Shown piece by piece: positions 42,542-52,508 of a DNA stretch of 64,000 nt. Both the position numbers and the translations under genes were made by a program. The DNA comes from Vulcanimicrobiota bacterium. GTDB lineage: Bacteria > Vulcanimicrobiota > Vulcanimicrobiia > Vulcanimicrobiales > Vulcanimicrobiaceae. The stretch's first letter is position 1; each line of letters begins with the position of its first letter. The notes under the pieces were generated by a model. That model searched no databases and was not told the DNA's origin. It worked only from the letters and a program-made list of their open reading frames with translations. Location: contig OY968762.1 of assembly GCA_963695225.1 (NCBI GenBank), positions 672,001-736,000 of the forward strand, read 5' to 3'.

Positions 42542-42963
42542 GCCTGCGCGGCGCGCTTCCTGCGCGCGAGATACGTCTCGAGGATCAGCGCCGCCGCCAT
42601 GCGATCGACGACGCGCTTGCGCTTCGAGCGCGAGACGTCGGCGGCGATCAGCGTCTTGTTCACCTGCGCCGTCGTCAAGCGTTCGTCCACGCGCGCGATC
42701 TCGCCGCCGAAGACGCGCGCGAGCGCCGTGCAGAACGCGTCCATCTTCTCGGCGGCAACGCCGCGCGTCCCGTCGAGCGCGATCGGATCGCCGACGACGA
42801 CCGTCGTCGCCCCATACTCTTGGGCGAGCGCGGCAAGCGCGGCGAGGTCGGCGCGCAGGTTCGTCCGCTCGATCGTCGTCAGCGGAAGCGCGAAGCTGCC
42901 GCCCGGATCGCTCATCGCGACGCCGATGCGGCGCTCACCGACGTCGAACGCGAGAATCGCCAT
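42538..42963 (-). CDS. ruvX: YqgF/RuvX pre-16S rRNA nuclease
   Basis: AFDVGERRIGVAMSD, DERLTT, VDRMAAALILE. Confidence 0.94.
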   Translation of the reverse strand: MAILAFDVGERRIGVAMSDPGGSFALPLTTIERTNLRADLAALAALAQEYGATTVVVGDPIALDGTRGVAAEKMDAFCTALARVFGGEIARVDERLTTAQVNKTLIAADVSRSKRKRVVDRMAAALILETYLARRKRAAQA

Positions 42964-42971
42964 TCCGCCTC

Positions 42972-43742
42972 TTACCCAATCGTCGCAGGCGATGCCTGCG
43001 TCAACTCCGCCAGCAGCTTCCCGGCCTTGGGATGTTTGCCGAGATGGTAGGCGACGAACGCTTCGACGGCCCGCGCGACCGCCGGATGCGCGCGGATCGA
43101 AGGGCGTACGGTTCCGCCGCGCGGCGCGCCGAGCGCATGAAAGTTCGCGACGTCGCGCGCGTCGAGCGGATGAAGGTCGGCCTGATGCGGCCGGCACGCT
43201 TCGCAGGCAAGCCCGCCCGCCTCCAGATCGGCCCAGGCTGCGAGCCCCGCGAGCGGCCGGCCGCAGCCGACGCACGCCTCGGCCGAGGGGCCGATGCCGA
43301 GCGCATCCAGCAGGCGCAATTCGAAGCGCGGCAAGAGCCCGCTCGGTTGCGCGCTCGCGCCGATCGCGCCGGTGAGCCCACGCAGGAGCGCGTACACCTC
43401 CGGCAGCGGGAGATCCGGCTCGCAGAATGCGTCCACGATCTCCGCCGCGACGTGCGCCGTCGCGAAGGCCGCCGGCTCGACGATCGCGCGCCAGTGCGTG
43501 CTCTCGATCTCGGCGGAGACGATCACGTCGAGCGTACGGCCGCGATGCAACGTCAGCGACGCCTCGGCCATGAACTCGAGCTTCCCCGCGAGGCGGCTCT
43601 TCGCCCGGCGGACGCCCTTCGCGACGGCGTCCAGCTTCCCGCGCTCGTCGGTAAACAGCGTATAGATCCGGTCCGCCTCGCCGAGACTGCGCGCGCGCAG
43701 GATGAAGCCGCGCGCCTTGTAGCTCCGCGCTGCGGCGCTCAC
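42972..43742 (-). CDS. recO: DNA repair protein RecO
   Basis: GEADRI.TLFT..RGKL.AVAKGVRR.KSR and CVGC...CEAC. Confidence 0.93.
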   Translation of the reverse strand: MSAAARSYKARGFILRARSLGEADRIYTLFTDERGKLDAVAKGVRRAKSRLAGKLEFMAEASLTLHRGRTLDVIVSAEIESTHWRAIVEPAAFATAHVAAEIVDAFCEPDLPLPEVYALLRGLTGAIGASAQPSGLLPRFELRLLDALGIGPSAEACVGCGRPLAGLAAWADLEAGGLACEACRPHQADLHPLDARDVANFHALGAPRGGTVRPSIRAHPAVARAVEAFVAYHLGKHPKAGKLLAELTQASPATIG

Positions 43743-44152
43743 GAAAGCGCGGAGCGATCGAAATGGAGCGGGAGCAACTCGCCGAGCGTCATCGCGCGCG
43801 GCTCCGCCGCGCCGTCGTCCACGAGCACGCGCACGCCGGCGCCGAATTCGATCAGCGCTTGCCGGCAGGCGCCGCACGGGGGCGTCGCCGCGCCCTCGGG
43901 CCCGGCGATCGCGATCGCCTCGAATTCGCGCGCGCCCGCGGCGACGGCGCCGAACAGCGCGGTTCGCTCGGCGCAGTTCGACAGCGAATACGAAGCGTTC
44001 TCGACGTTGCAACCCGTGAAGATCCGCCCGTCGCGGGAGCGCAGCGCGGCTCCGACGCGGAATCCGGAGTACGGCGCGTAGGCTGCGGCGCGCGCGGAGC
44101 GCGCCGCGGCGAGCAATTCCGCGTCGGCGGAGCTACGAGGCGATCCGCGCAC
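43739..44152 (-). CDS. cdd: Cytidine deaminase
   Basis: AYAPYSGFRVGAA, GCNVENASY, CAERTA, PCGACRQ. Confidence 0.95.
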   Translation of the reverse strand: MRGSPRSSADAELLAAARSARAAAYAPYSGFRVGAALRSRDGRIFTGCNVENASYSLSNCAERTALFGAVAAGAREFEAIAIAGPEGAATPPCGACRQALIEFGAGVRVLVDDGAAEPRAMTLGELLPLHFDRSALS

Positions 44153-45464
44153 TCTCGCCGTTCCCGGGCTCGCCTTCGGAGGCGTGCGCCTTCCCGTTCG
44201 TGAGCACGCGGACGGCGAGGATCCGGCGGCCGCGCGTGCGTTCGATCCGCAGGCGCGCGTGCTCGTCGGCGGATATCTCCTCGCCTTCGAGCGGGAGGCG
44301 CCCGAACAACCCGACTGCGAGCCCGCCGATCGTCTCGAATTCCTCGTGCGGGAGTTGCGTGCCGAGCTTCGCGTTGACGTCTTCGATGTTCGTCGCGGCT
44401 TGCACGATCGCTTCGTCGTCGGCGACGATGTGGATCGCCTCCTCTTCGCCTTCGTCGTGCTCGTCGCGGATCTCGCCGACGATCTCCTCGAGCAGATCTT
44501 CCATCGTGACGAGCCCCGCGGTCCCGCCGTATTCGTCGACGACGACGGCGAGCGAGAACTTCCCGCGTTGCATCTCGCGCAGCAGTTCAGAGATGCGTTT
44601 CGTCTCGGGAACGTGCGTGATCGGGCGCATCAGGGCGCGAATCGGCGTCGCGGCCAGCGCGCCGTTCGAGAGCGCGATCAAGAGCTCGCGATCGTGCACC
44701 ACGCCGATCACGTTGTCGATCGTGTCCTCGTAGACCGGGAGCTTCGAGTAGCCCTCCGCGATGACGAGATCGAGCGCCCGGCGCGCGGTCGCGTGGACTT
44801 CGACGGAAACCATGTCCGGCCGCGGTTTCATCACCTCGCGGACGATCGTGTCGCCGAACTCGATGATCGAGTGAATCATCTCGCGTTCTTCTTCCTCGAG
44901 AACCTTCTGTTCGGCTCCGACGTCGATGATGTTGCGGATGTCGTCCTCGGTCACGAACGGGCCGTGCGCCGCGTTGGAGACGCCGAAGAGCCGCAAGATC
45001 CCGCCGGTGACGAACAAGAACGTCGAGGTGAGCGGCGTCATCAGCCAGGTGAAGCGATCGAGCGCGGGGGCCAAGCGCGTCGCCCACGCCTCGTTGTGCG
45101 AGACCGCCAGCGTCTTCGGCCCGATCTCGCCGAAGATCAACATCAGGACGACCATGATCCCGGTCGACCATTCCGGCGCGTGCGGGACGCCCTGCCGGAT
45201 GAGGATCAGCGTCGCGAGCGAATCCGCCGCGAGCAGCACGATCGTGTTCCCGATCAGCATCGCGGTCAGGAAGCGATTCCGGTTCTCGAGCAGGCGTAAG
45301 AGCGAGGCGGAGCCCGGCGAATCGCGCTCGGCTAGCGTTCGAGCGCGCAAGCGCGAGAACGAAACGACCGCCGACTCGGAGCCCGAGAAGATCGCCGCCG
45401 CGGCGATCAACGCAAGGAGTGCTAGCGCCTCGGGCCATAGCGCCGCCCAGTCTTTGGGATCCAT
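44133..45464 (-). CDS. HlyC/CorC (CNNM-CBS) family transporter
   Basis: FSGSE, FGEIGPK, VREVMKPR, VVDEYGGTAGLVTMEDLLEEIVGEI. Confidence 0.93.
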   Translation of the reverse strand: MDPKDWAALWPEALALLALIAAAAIFSGSESAVVSFSRLRARTLAERDSPGSASLLRLLENRNRFLTAMLIGNTIVLLAADSLATLILIRQGVPHAPEWSTGIMVVLMLIFGEIGPKTLAVSHNEAWATRLAPALDRFTWLMTPLTSTFLFVTGGILRLFGVSNAAHGPFVTEDDIRNIIDVGAEQKVLEEEEREMIHSIIEFGDTIVREVMKPRPDMVSVEVHATARRALDLVIAEGYSKLPVYEDTIDNVIGVVHDRELLIALSNGALAATPIRALMRPITHVPETKRISELLREMQRGKFSLAVVVDEYGGTAGLVTMEDLLEEIVGEIRDEHDEGEEEAIHIVADDEAIVQAATNIEDVNAKLGTQLPHEEFETIGGLAVGLFGRLPLEGEEISADEHARLRIERTRGRRILAVRVLTNGKAHASEGEPGNGESARIAS

Positions 45465-45576
45465 GACGGTCGCTTAGCGTGGGCTGTGCGGGCGCGGGTT
45501 CATGCAGCCGGGCTCATCGAGCCGCGGGGCGTGCGCCGGAACAGCGGGCGGAGGGTCGGTTTCCAAATCGCGCCCA

Positions 45577-46329
45577 TTATAGCACATGGGGCGTCCGGAT
45601 CAGGAGCCAGATCGAGTAAGTACCTAACACCCCGAGGAGCGCTCCGAGCAGCACTTCCCGCACGCTGTGGATCCCGCCCTCGACCCGGCTCTGGCTCACG
45701 AGGAAGGCGAGGAAGAACGCGATCACGGCGACGATCGGGTTCTGGGCCAGCAGCGCGACCAGCGCCGCCCCGGCTCCCGCGAGCGCCGCGTGCCCCGACA
45801 CGGCGCCCCCTTGAAGCGCCGAGCCGCGCTTTCCGACGTACGCCTTCGCGAAGACCGTCCCGATCGCCGTGATCGCGAACGAGACGAAGACGAGATTCGG
45901 CGGCGCCTGGGCGACCGCGACGTAGACTTGCTTGCCGGCGGCGGTGATGCCCTCGTAGAAGACCATGTAGCCGACGATCACGGCTCCGATCGAGAGAACG
46001 AGGACGGCGCCTGCCGCCGTGTCCTTGGCGATCTTCGCAAGCGGGTGATGCGCGACGGTCATCAAGTCGACGACGGCCTCGATCGCCGTGTTGAGGAGCT
46101 CGAACGCGATGACGAGCGCGACGACGACGACGAGGATCGAGACGTACTCGCGCTGCAGCCGCAGGTAGAGCGTCGCGAAGAGCACGAGCGCGCCCACGAT
46201 CAGGTGGACGCGCATGTTGGGCTGCGTCCGGGTCGCGTAGACGATCCCCTGGAACGCGTAGTGGAACGAGCGCCAGATTCGGCTCTCGTTCACCGGTTTC
46301 ACCTTGGGCGGCAACCGCATCGGGTGCAT
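45577..46329 (-). CDS. dgkA: Diacylglycerol/undecaprenol kinase fused to a PAP2-like domain
   Basis: SF.YA.QGI, ELLNTAIE.VVD, AKIAKD.AAGAVL, then SGH and SRVEGGIH. Confidence 0.88.
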   Translation of the reverse strand: MHPMRLPPKVKPVNESRIWRSFHYAFQGIVYATRTQPNMRVHLIVGALVLFATLYLRLQREYVSILVVVVALVIAFELLNTAIEAVVDLMTVAHHPLAKIAKDTAAGAVLVLSIGAVIVGYMVFYEGITAAGKQVYVAVAQAPPNLVFVSFAITAIGTVFAKAYVGKRGSALQGGAVSGHAALAGAGAALVALLAQNPIVAVIAFFLAFLVSQSRVEGGIHSVREVLLGALLGVLGTYSIWLLIRTPHVL

Positions 46330-46352
46330 TGCCGGGTGAACTTCGGCGCGGG

Positions 46353-46847
46353 TTAGCCGGTCCCGCCCTCGTCGAGGTAGGGCCACGGCAAACCGATCGC
46401 GCTCGCGAGCCTCCGCTCCTCGGCGACCATCGCGCGCCGTTCCGCAGGCCTTTCGTGATCGTGCCCGAGCAAGTGCAGGATTCCGTGGATCAACAGCCGT
46501 TCGATCTCCGCCGCGAGCGGAACGCCGTACCCCGCCGCTTGCCGAGCCGCCGCGTCGACGCTGATGACGACGTCGCCGAGCAGGCGTTCGGGTCCGCCGG
46601 GCCCCGTGCAGGGCGTCCCCGGAGCCGCCGCATTCGGCTCGAAAAGCGGGAAGCTCAACACGTCGGTCGGCCGATCCTTCCCGCGGTGCTCGCGGTTCAG
46701 GCGCCGGATCGCCGCATCCCCGACGAACGAGAGCGACAGGCTCGATCCCTCCTCGCCGCAGGCACCGAGGAGCTTCCGCGTGGCGCGTTCGAACCGGCGC
46801 AACGGCAGCTTCCGTTTGCGCGTCGTGTTGCGCAGGTACAGGCTCAC
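46353..46847 (-). CDS. ybeY: rRNA maturation endoribonuclease YbeY
   Basis: RGKDRPTDVLSF, LGDVVIS, HGILHLLGHDH. Confidence 0.95.
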   Translation of the reverse strand: MSLYLRNTTRKRKLPLRRFERATRKLLGACGEEGSSLSLSFVGDAAIRRLNREHRGKDRPTDVLSFPLFEPNAAAPGTPCTGPGGPERLLGDVVISVDAAARQAAGYGVPLAAEIERLLIHGILHLLGHDHERPAERRAMVAEERRLASAIGLPWPYLDEGGTG

Positions 46848-47785
46848 GGCATCCGATCGTACGCGGCGACGATTTTCCCGATCAGCGGGTGGCGCACGAC
46901 GTCGCCGACCCCGAGTTCCACGATCGCGATATCCTCGATGCCGCCGAACAGCGTCGCCGCGTCGAGCAGCCCGCTGTGCACGCCGCGGGGCAGATCGATC
47001 TGCGTGACGTCGCCGGTGACGATCATCTTCGACCCGGCGCCGAACCGCGTCAAGAACATCTTCAGTTGCTCGCGGGTCGCGTTCTGGGCTTCGTCGAGCA
47101 GGATGAACGCTTCCGCGAGCGTGCGCCCGCGCATGTAGGCGAGCGGGGCGACCTCGATCGTGCCGCGTTCCAGGTAGCGCGCCACGAGGCCGTCGTCGAG
47201 CATGTCCCCGAGCGCATCGTAGAGCGGGCGCAAGTACGGATCGACCTTCTCCTTCAGATCCCCCGGGAGGAAGCCGAGCTTCTCCCCGGCCTCGACGGCG
47301 GGGCGCGTCAAGACGATCCGAGCCACCTCGCGGGCGCGCAAAGCGCGGACCGCCATAGCGACCGCGAGATAGGTCTTCCCGGTCCCGGCCGGCCCGATCC
47401 CGAACGTCAGCGTATTCCCCGAGATCGCCTCGACGAAGAGCCGTTGCCCGTCGCTCTTCGGGCGGATTTCCTTCCCGCGCTGCGTCGTGAAGACGGTCTT
47501 CGGGATCGCCGCCGAGGCGCGTCGCGCGAGCAGATCGCGCGTCGCGAGCGTCACATCGTCGGGCGTCAGCTGCACGCCGTCGTTCGCTGCGACGCGCATG
47601 TTCCGCAGGATTTCGTGCGCGGCCTCGACGCTGTCCGACTCGCCGAGCAGGCGGATCCGGTCCCCTTCGAGGCGGACCGTCACCGGGAGCAGTCCCTCGA
47701 GCGTCGTCAAGTTGCGATCGTGGTATCCGCAGAAGGCGAGCGGGTCGGAGATGGAACCGAGCTCGAAGACGCGCTCCACGCTCAC
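46844..47785 (-). CDS. phoH: PhoH-family ATPase
   Basis: GPAGTGKTYLA, RPAVEAGEKLGFLPGD, YMRGRTL, DEAQN, GD..QIDL. Confidence 0.96.
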   Translation of the reverse strand: MSVERVFELGSISDPLAFCGYHDRNLTTLEGLLPVTVRLEGDRIRLLGESDSVEAAHEILRNMRVAANDGVQLTPDDVTLATRDLLARRASAAIPKTVFTTQRGKEIRPKSDGQRLFVEAISGNTLTFGIGPAGTGKTYLAVAMAVRALRAREVARIVLTRPAVEAGEKLGFLPGDLKEKVDPYLRPLYDALGDMLDDGLVARYLERGTIEVAPLAYMRGRTLAEAFILLDEAQNATREQLKMFLTRFGAGSKMIVTGDVTQIDLPRGVHSGLLDAATLFGGIEDIAIVELGVGDVVRHPLIGKIVAAYDRMP

Positions 47786-48099
47786 CGGTGGGGGCCGGGC
47801 TCCCGCAGCGAGAGGGGCGGCAGGAGGACCTCGGAGACGACGATCGCCGAGAGGAGCGCGCGCCCGCCCCGCAAGGGTGCCAGCAGCGGCGCCGGCTCAA
47901 GCTCGCGCGCTGGGGCGGGCTCGGCCGGGCGCGCGGGCGAGCGGCGCGGCGGTGCGGCGGCGGGGGCCGCAGCGGGAAGGATGACGCGAATGGGCGCCGC
48001 AGGTGCCGGCGGCGTGGCGGTCTCCGCCTGCGCGTCGGCAAGCGACTGCGCCGCCTTTCGCCGAAACGCCTCGATCAGGAATCCGCCGAGTTCGTCCAC
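47782..48099 (-). CDS. Hypothetical Pro/Ala-rich protein in the YqfB position
   Basis: Lies between floA and phoH; ends in AIVVSEVLLPPLSLR. Confidence 0.7.
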   Translation of the reverse strand: MDELGGFLIEAFRRKAAQSLADAQAETATPPAPAAPIRVILPAAAPAAAPPRRSPARPAEPAPARELEPAPLLAPLRGGRALLSAIVVSEVLLPPLSLREPGPHR

Positions 48100-48103
48100 G
48101 CGC

Positions 48104-49111
48104 TCAGCGCCCGCCGATCGTCGGCCCGGGCGGCTGCGTCCCCGCATCCGGCGCGACGCCGCCGGAGATCGCGGAGCGCATGTCCGTATCGGCCTTGAGA
48201 TTGTTCAAGCGGTAGTAATCCATCACGCCGAGGTTTCCGTTCCGAAACGCCTCCGCGATCGCCTGCGGAATGGAGGCTTCCGCCTCGACGACCTTCGCGC
48301 GCATGCGCTGCGTCTCGGCCTTCATCTCTTGTTCGGCGGCTTGCGCGCTGTACTGCCGTTCGGCGGCCTTCGCCTGCGCGATGCGCCGGTCGGCCTCCGC
48401 TTGCGAAGTCTGCAACTCCGCGCCGATGTTCTTGCCGACGTCGACGTCCGCGATGTCGATCGAGACGATCTCGAACGCGGTTCCGGCGTCGAGCCCCTTC
48501 GTGAGCACCGCCTTCGAGATGCGGTCCGGGTATTCAAGGACTTCCTTGTGGTCGACCGCGGCGCCGACCGCCGAGACGACGCCCTCGCCGACGCGCGCGA
48601 CGATCGTCGGCTCGCCTGCGCCGCCGACATAACGGTCGAGGTTCGCGCGCACCGTGATGCGCGCTTTCACGTTGAGCTGGATACCGTTCTGCGCGACGCC
48701 CTGAAACACGGGCGTTTCGATCACGCGCGGGTTGACGGACGTTTGCAGCGCCTCGAGGACGTTGCGGCCGGCGAGGTCGATCGCCGCCGCTCGCTGCCAT
48801 TCCAGTGGAATCTCGGCGCGTTGCGCCGCGATCATCGCGAGCGTCACGTTGTCGACGTTGCCGCCCGCGAGATAATGCGACTGCATCTGATCGACCGTCA
48901 AGTCCAAGCCGGCCTTGCGCGCGCGCACGAGATTGTTGACGATCACATCGGGTTTGATCCCGATCAAGCGCATGCGGATCAGCGAGAGCATCGAGATCGG
49001 AACGCCCGCGGCGAGCGTGCGGATCCACAGGCCGAGCGGGAAATAGAACAGGAAGATCGAGATCCCGACGATGATCGCGAAGATCACGAGCGGGGTGGCG
49101 AGGCCGATCAT
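48104..49111 (-). CDS. floA: Flotillin-like protein FloA (YqfA)
   Basis: [36 protein letters not shown]. Confidence 0.95.
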   Translation of the reverse strand: MIGLATPLVIFAIIVGISIFLFYFPLGLWIRTLAAGVPISMLSLIRMRLIGIKPDVIVNNLVRARKAGLDLTVDQMQSHYLAGGNVDNVTLAMIAAQRAEIPLEWQRAAAIDLAGRNVLEALQTSVNPRVIETPVFQGVAQNGIQLNVKARITVRANLDRYVGGAGEPTIVARVGEGVVSAVGAAVDHKEVLEYPDRISKAVLTKGLDAGTAFEIVSIDIADVDVGKNIGAELQTSQAEADRRIAQAKAAERQYSAQAAEQEMKAETQRMRAKVVEAEASIPQAIAEAFRNGNLGVMDYYRLNNLKADTDMRSAISGGVAPDAGTQPPGPTIGGR

Positions 49112-50418
49112 TGCGTGATGACTTTCTGCGAAACGGGGCGCACGAAGACGCGCGCGCCTTCGACCCGGCTCACTTGGATCGGCGAACCCGCCGGGAGGAA
49201 ATCGCCTTCGGTCAAGACGTCGACGCGCCGCCCGCCGAACGAGGCGACGCCCGCCGGCCGCAAGTACGAGGTCGCGACGCCCGTCGCGCCGAGCAGCTCG
49301 CGGTGCCCCTCGCTCGCGACGTAGTCCGGGCCCTGCACGGCGGTCAGCGTGAGCCGGCGCAGGAACGCGTTCTCGGGGAGGATTCGCGTCGTCAGCCAGA
49401 ACGCGATCGCCGTCAAGACGATCGCAATCGAGATCGATTGCGCCGCGACGAAGAGGAACGCGTAACCGAACGAGAGGACGACCGCCGCGACCAGCGCCGC
49501 GGTCCCGAGGAAGCCCGCGAAGCCGTGCCCCGGAACGACGTGCAGCTCGAAGAGGATTCCGACGACGCCGGCGAGCGCGAGCGCGATGACGAACCCGTTG
49601 CTGAAGCCCGAGTAGACGTGCGTCCCGAAGAACAGGCCGAGCGACACGACGCCGATGAGGCCCGCGATCCCGTGCAGCGTCTGCATCTCGATCAAGAGGC
49701 CGAGCATCCCGAGCGAGAGCAAGAGCCCGCTCACCTCGGGGCTCGTCGCGAACCGCGCGACCCGTTCGGCGAACGTGTACTCGGCCTGCCGCGTCCCGCT
49801 CTCCGCGATGCCCGCGGAGCGCAGTGCGGCGTCCAAGTTCGCGACCACGCCGTCCGCGATCTTCGCGCGCTTCGCCTCGTCGGCGGTCAACGCCAGGATC
49901 GCCCCCGGCTTCTTGTACGACGGCACGTCGACGTTCGCGTCGACCATCGCCGCCGCGAGCGTCGGGTCGCGGTGGTTTCGTTCAGCGGTGGCAGAGAACT
50001 CGGCGCGTAACGCGGCGACCGTCTTGACGCTCTTGGGGATCGGCTCGGCGGCGCCGATGCTCGAGCCCGGCGCCATTTCGATGTGCTGCGCCGAGAGCGC
50101 GATGAGCGCGCCCGCCGAGTAGGCGCGCTGCGAGATGAACGCAACGGTCGGGACGCGCGCGCGGAACATCGCGTCGCGAATCTCGAACGCCGAAGCGACG
50201 AGCCCGCCGGGCGTGTTGACGTCCAGCACGATCGCCGACGCGCCGCTCGCGTTCGCCTCGTCGACGGCGCGCTCGACCATGTGCGCCATGCCCTCGTCGA
50301 CGGTTCCTTCGATCGGGATGACGACTGCCGCGCGATCGGCGGCTCCGGCCGCGGCGAGACCGGCGAGCCCGAGTGCCGCGACGACGGCCCACGCAAGGCG
50401 ACGAACGAGCGCCATCAT
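49108..50418 (-). CDS. Long NfeD membrane-bound serine protease (YqeZ-like)
   Basis: [19 protein letters not shown], a TM block, and C-terminal LRPAG...VDVLTEG. Confidence 0.92.
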   Translation of the reverse strand: MMALVRRLAWAVVAALGLAGLAAAGAADRAAVVIPIEGTVDEGMAHMVERAVDEANASGASAIVLDVNTPGGLVASAFEIRDAMFRARVPTVAFISQRAYSAGALIALSAQHIEMAPGSSIGAAEPIPKSVKTVAALRAEFSATAERNHRDPTLAAAMVDANVDVPSYKKPGAILALTADEAKRAKIADGVVANLDAALRSAGIAESGTRQAEYTFAERVARFATSPEVSGLLLSLGMLGLLIEMQTLHGIAGLIGVVSLGLFFGTHVYSGFSNGFVIALALAGVVGILFELHVVPGHGFAGFLGTAALVAAVVLSFGYAFLFVAAQSISIAIVLTAIAFWLTTRILPENAFLRRLTLTAVQGPDYVASEGHRELLGATGVATSYLRPAGVASFGGRRVDVLTEGDFLPAGSPIQVSRVEGARVFVRPVSQKVITQ

Positions 50419-50461
50419 AACGCGCTTACCTACCCGTGACCGCGGCGGAAGTTGCGGGCGT

Positions 50462-50914
50462 TCACGCCCCGAGCGCCTTGAGCTCCTCCAGCACGACCGC
50501 GCGAATCGTGTTCCCGTCCGTTTCGCCTTTGAGCTGCGGCATCAGGAGCTTCATCGCGGCGCCCTGGTTGCGCTCGCCCGGCGCGAGCGATTCGAGCCCG
50601 GCCCGAACGAGGGCGCGGATATCCTCGGCCGATTTCTGCCGGGGCAAGAACGCCGCGAGCGCGTCCCGCTCGCGGGTCTCTTTCTCGACGAGGTCGGTCC
50701 GCCCGGCCTTCGCGTACTCGGCGATCGAATCGTTGCGCTGCTTGACCTGCTTGCGGACGACGTCGATCTGATCGTTCTCGTCCAACTCGCGACCGGCTTC
50801 GATCTTGCGATACGAGAACGCGGAGAGCGCCGAGCGCAAGGCGTCGACGAGCACTTGGTCCCGCGCCTTCATCGCCGACTTGAGCTCGGCGCCGATCGCA
50901 TCTTTCAAAGCCAC
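50462..50914 (-). CDS. yqeY: GatB/YqeY domain protein
   Basis: LK.AMKARD, KQRNDSI..Y.KAGR.DL..KE, FLP.Q; directly after rpsU. Confidence 0.92.
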   Translation of the reverse strand: MALKDAIGAELKSAMKARDQVLVDALRSALSAFSYRKIEAGRELDENDQIDVVRKQVKQRNDSIAEYAKAGRTDLVEKETRERDALAAFLPRQKSAEDIRALVRAGLESLAPGERNQGAAMKLLMPQLKGETDGNTIRAVVLEELKALGA

Positions 50915-50937
50915 GGAATGTGATTCTCCTCGGGTGG

Positions 50938-50966
50938 AAAGAAGAGCGCCGCTTCGAGGCGGCGCT
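50938..50966 (-). terminator. Terminator-like hairpin after rpsU
   Basis: AGCGCCGC/GCGGCGCT stem followed by CTTCTTT on the minus strand. Confidence 0.6.
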
Positions 50967-50983
50967 GGGGAGCTTCGTGACGC

Positions 50984-51154
50984 TTACGCGCGGCGCTTGC
51001 GCGCGGCCGCCGATTTCTTCTTCTTGCGCACGCTCGGCTTCTCGTAATGCTCGTGTTTGCGAGCCTCCGCGAGAACTCCGGCCTTCTGGGTGGCTTTCTT
51101 GAAGCGACGCAGAGCACTTTCGATCGTCTCGCCCGGTGCAACGCGAACTTCCAT
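50984..51154 (-). CDS. rpsU: 30S ribosomal protein S21
   Basis: ESALRRFKK...[24 protein letters not shown], with a GGAGG SD. Confidence 0.97.
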   Translation of the reverse strand: MEVRVAPGETIESALRRFKKATQKAGVLAEARKHEHYEKPSVRKKKKSAAARKRRA

Positions 51155-51231
51155 GAACAACCCTCCCTTCGGCCTACGCGTCGGCGCGTGGTATGGAAAA
51201 CGCGCCGCCCAATCGGCGACGCACGGTGCGA

Positions 51232-51260
51232 AGCGTACCACACCGCCCTGGGAGCGTCAA
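51232..51260 (-). promoter_or_regulatory. sigma70 promoter for rpsU
   Basis: Minus strand TTGACG-17 nt-TACGCT with an extended TG. Confidence 0.75.
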
Positions 51261-51338
51261 ATGGCAAAGGTTGCGAAACAGGAAGGCCTGCCCTAGGGTA
51301 TGATCGATGCGTCCCCCTATCCCCAGGAGGAACCATAG

Positions 51339-52154
51339 ATGGTAGCTCGCCCCGCGTTCGATTCGGGCACCGAACTCCAGCGTGCCTTCGACATCCTCGT
51401 CAAGAATTGGATCCTGGCGCTCCCCACGGCGATCGCGTCGCTCGCCTCGCTCTTCTTCGTCGCCTTCCTCGTCGCTTCGATCCTCGCATCCGTGGTCGGG
51501 ATCGGCGTCGGCTCCGAGGGGCGGCATCTGGGCCTCGGTGCGGCGCTCTTCGGCGCCGGGACGTTCGCCGCGCTCGGAGGTTTCGTCGCGATCGTCATCC
51601 TTTCCACGCTCGCGCAGGCCGTCGTCGTGCACGGCGCCGAGGAAGCGTGGAGCGGCCGGCCGGTCGATCTCGCCGCCGGCCTCGGCGTCGCATTCGCCCG
51701 GCTCCCCGCGCTCGTCGTCGCCGGGATCGCGGTCATGCTGATCATGACCATCCCGCTCGCGCTCTCGCTCGTCGGGATCGGCATCCCGCTCGCCATGATC
51801 GCCGGCTTCTTCCTGATCTACGTCCTGCCGGCGATCGTGATCGGCAACGAAGGGGGACTCGCCGCGATCGGCACGTCGTTCCGGCTCACGAAGAGCAACG
51901 CCGGCCCGAGCGCCCTCGCCGCGGTCGCGATGATCCTCGCGATCATCGTCGCGCAGATCATCAACGTCAGCCTCGGCCACGTCCCCGTGCTCGGCTGGCT
52001 CGCCGCGTTTCTCGTCGGCGGCTTCAGCTCCGCGTACGCGGCGCTCGTCGCGGCGCGCTTCTACACGTTGCTGATCGGGACGGCCCAGCCGACGGCACAG
52101 CCCGCCTACGCGGCGCCCATGCCCGGGCCGCCGATGGTTCCGCCTGGGCCATAG
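51339..52154 (+). CDS. Polytopic membrane protein (about 6 TM), Pro-rich tail
   Basis: AGGAGG SD and TATGAT -10 upstream; alternating hydrophobic helices. Confidence 0.85.
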   Translation: MVARPAFDSGTELQRAFDILVKNWILALPTAIASLASLFFVAFLVASILASVVGIGVGSEGRHLGLGAALFGAGTFAALGGFVAIVILSTLAQAVVVHGAEEAWSGRPVDLAAGLGVAFARLPALVVAGIAVMLIMTIPLALSLVGIGIPLAMIAGFFLIYVLPAIVIGNEGGLAAIGTSFRLTKSNAGPSALAAVAMILAIIVAQIINVSLGHVPVLGWLAAFLVGGFSSAYAALVAARFYTLLIGTAQPTAQPAYAAPMPGPPMVPPGP

Positions 52155-52163
52155 CCGCGAGTC

Positions 52164-52508
52164 CTAGCCCGGCGGCCAGTGCATCCGCCGCCCGCCGAGC
52201 ACGTGCAGGTGCAGGTGGTGGACCGTCTGGCCGCCGTCGTCGCCCTCGTTGACGACGACGCGGTAACCGCCGGGCGCGCGCTCGCGCCCGATGCGCGCCG
52301 CGAGCGCGAAAAGTTCACCGACGTCGTGCGAAGGGACCTGGGCGACGTAATCGCCCAGGTTGTCCGCATGGTGCGTCGGCACCACGAGCACGTGCGTCGG
52401 CGCCTTCGGGCTCAAATCCGTGAACGCGACCGCGTGCTCGCTGCGGGCGACTTCGTTCGCGGGGAGCTCCTTGCGGACGATCTTACAGAAGATGCATTGG
52501 TCGTTCAT
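52164..52508 (-). CDS. HIT family nucleotide hydrolase
   Basis: CIFCKI, P.APTHVLVVP, GQTVHHLHLHVLGGR.M.WPPG. Confidence 0.95.
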   Translation of the reverse strand: MNDQCIFCKIVRKELPANEVARSEHAVAFTDLSPKAPTHVLVVPTHHADNLGDYVAQVPSHDVGELFALAARIGRERAPGGYRVVVNEGDDGGQTVHHLHLHVLGGRRMHWPPG

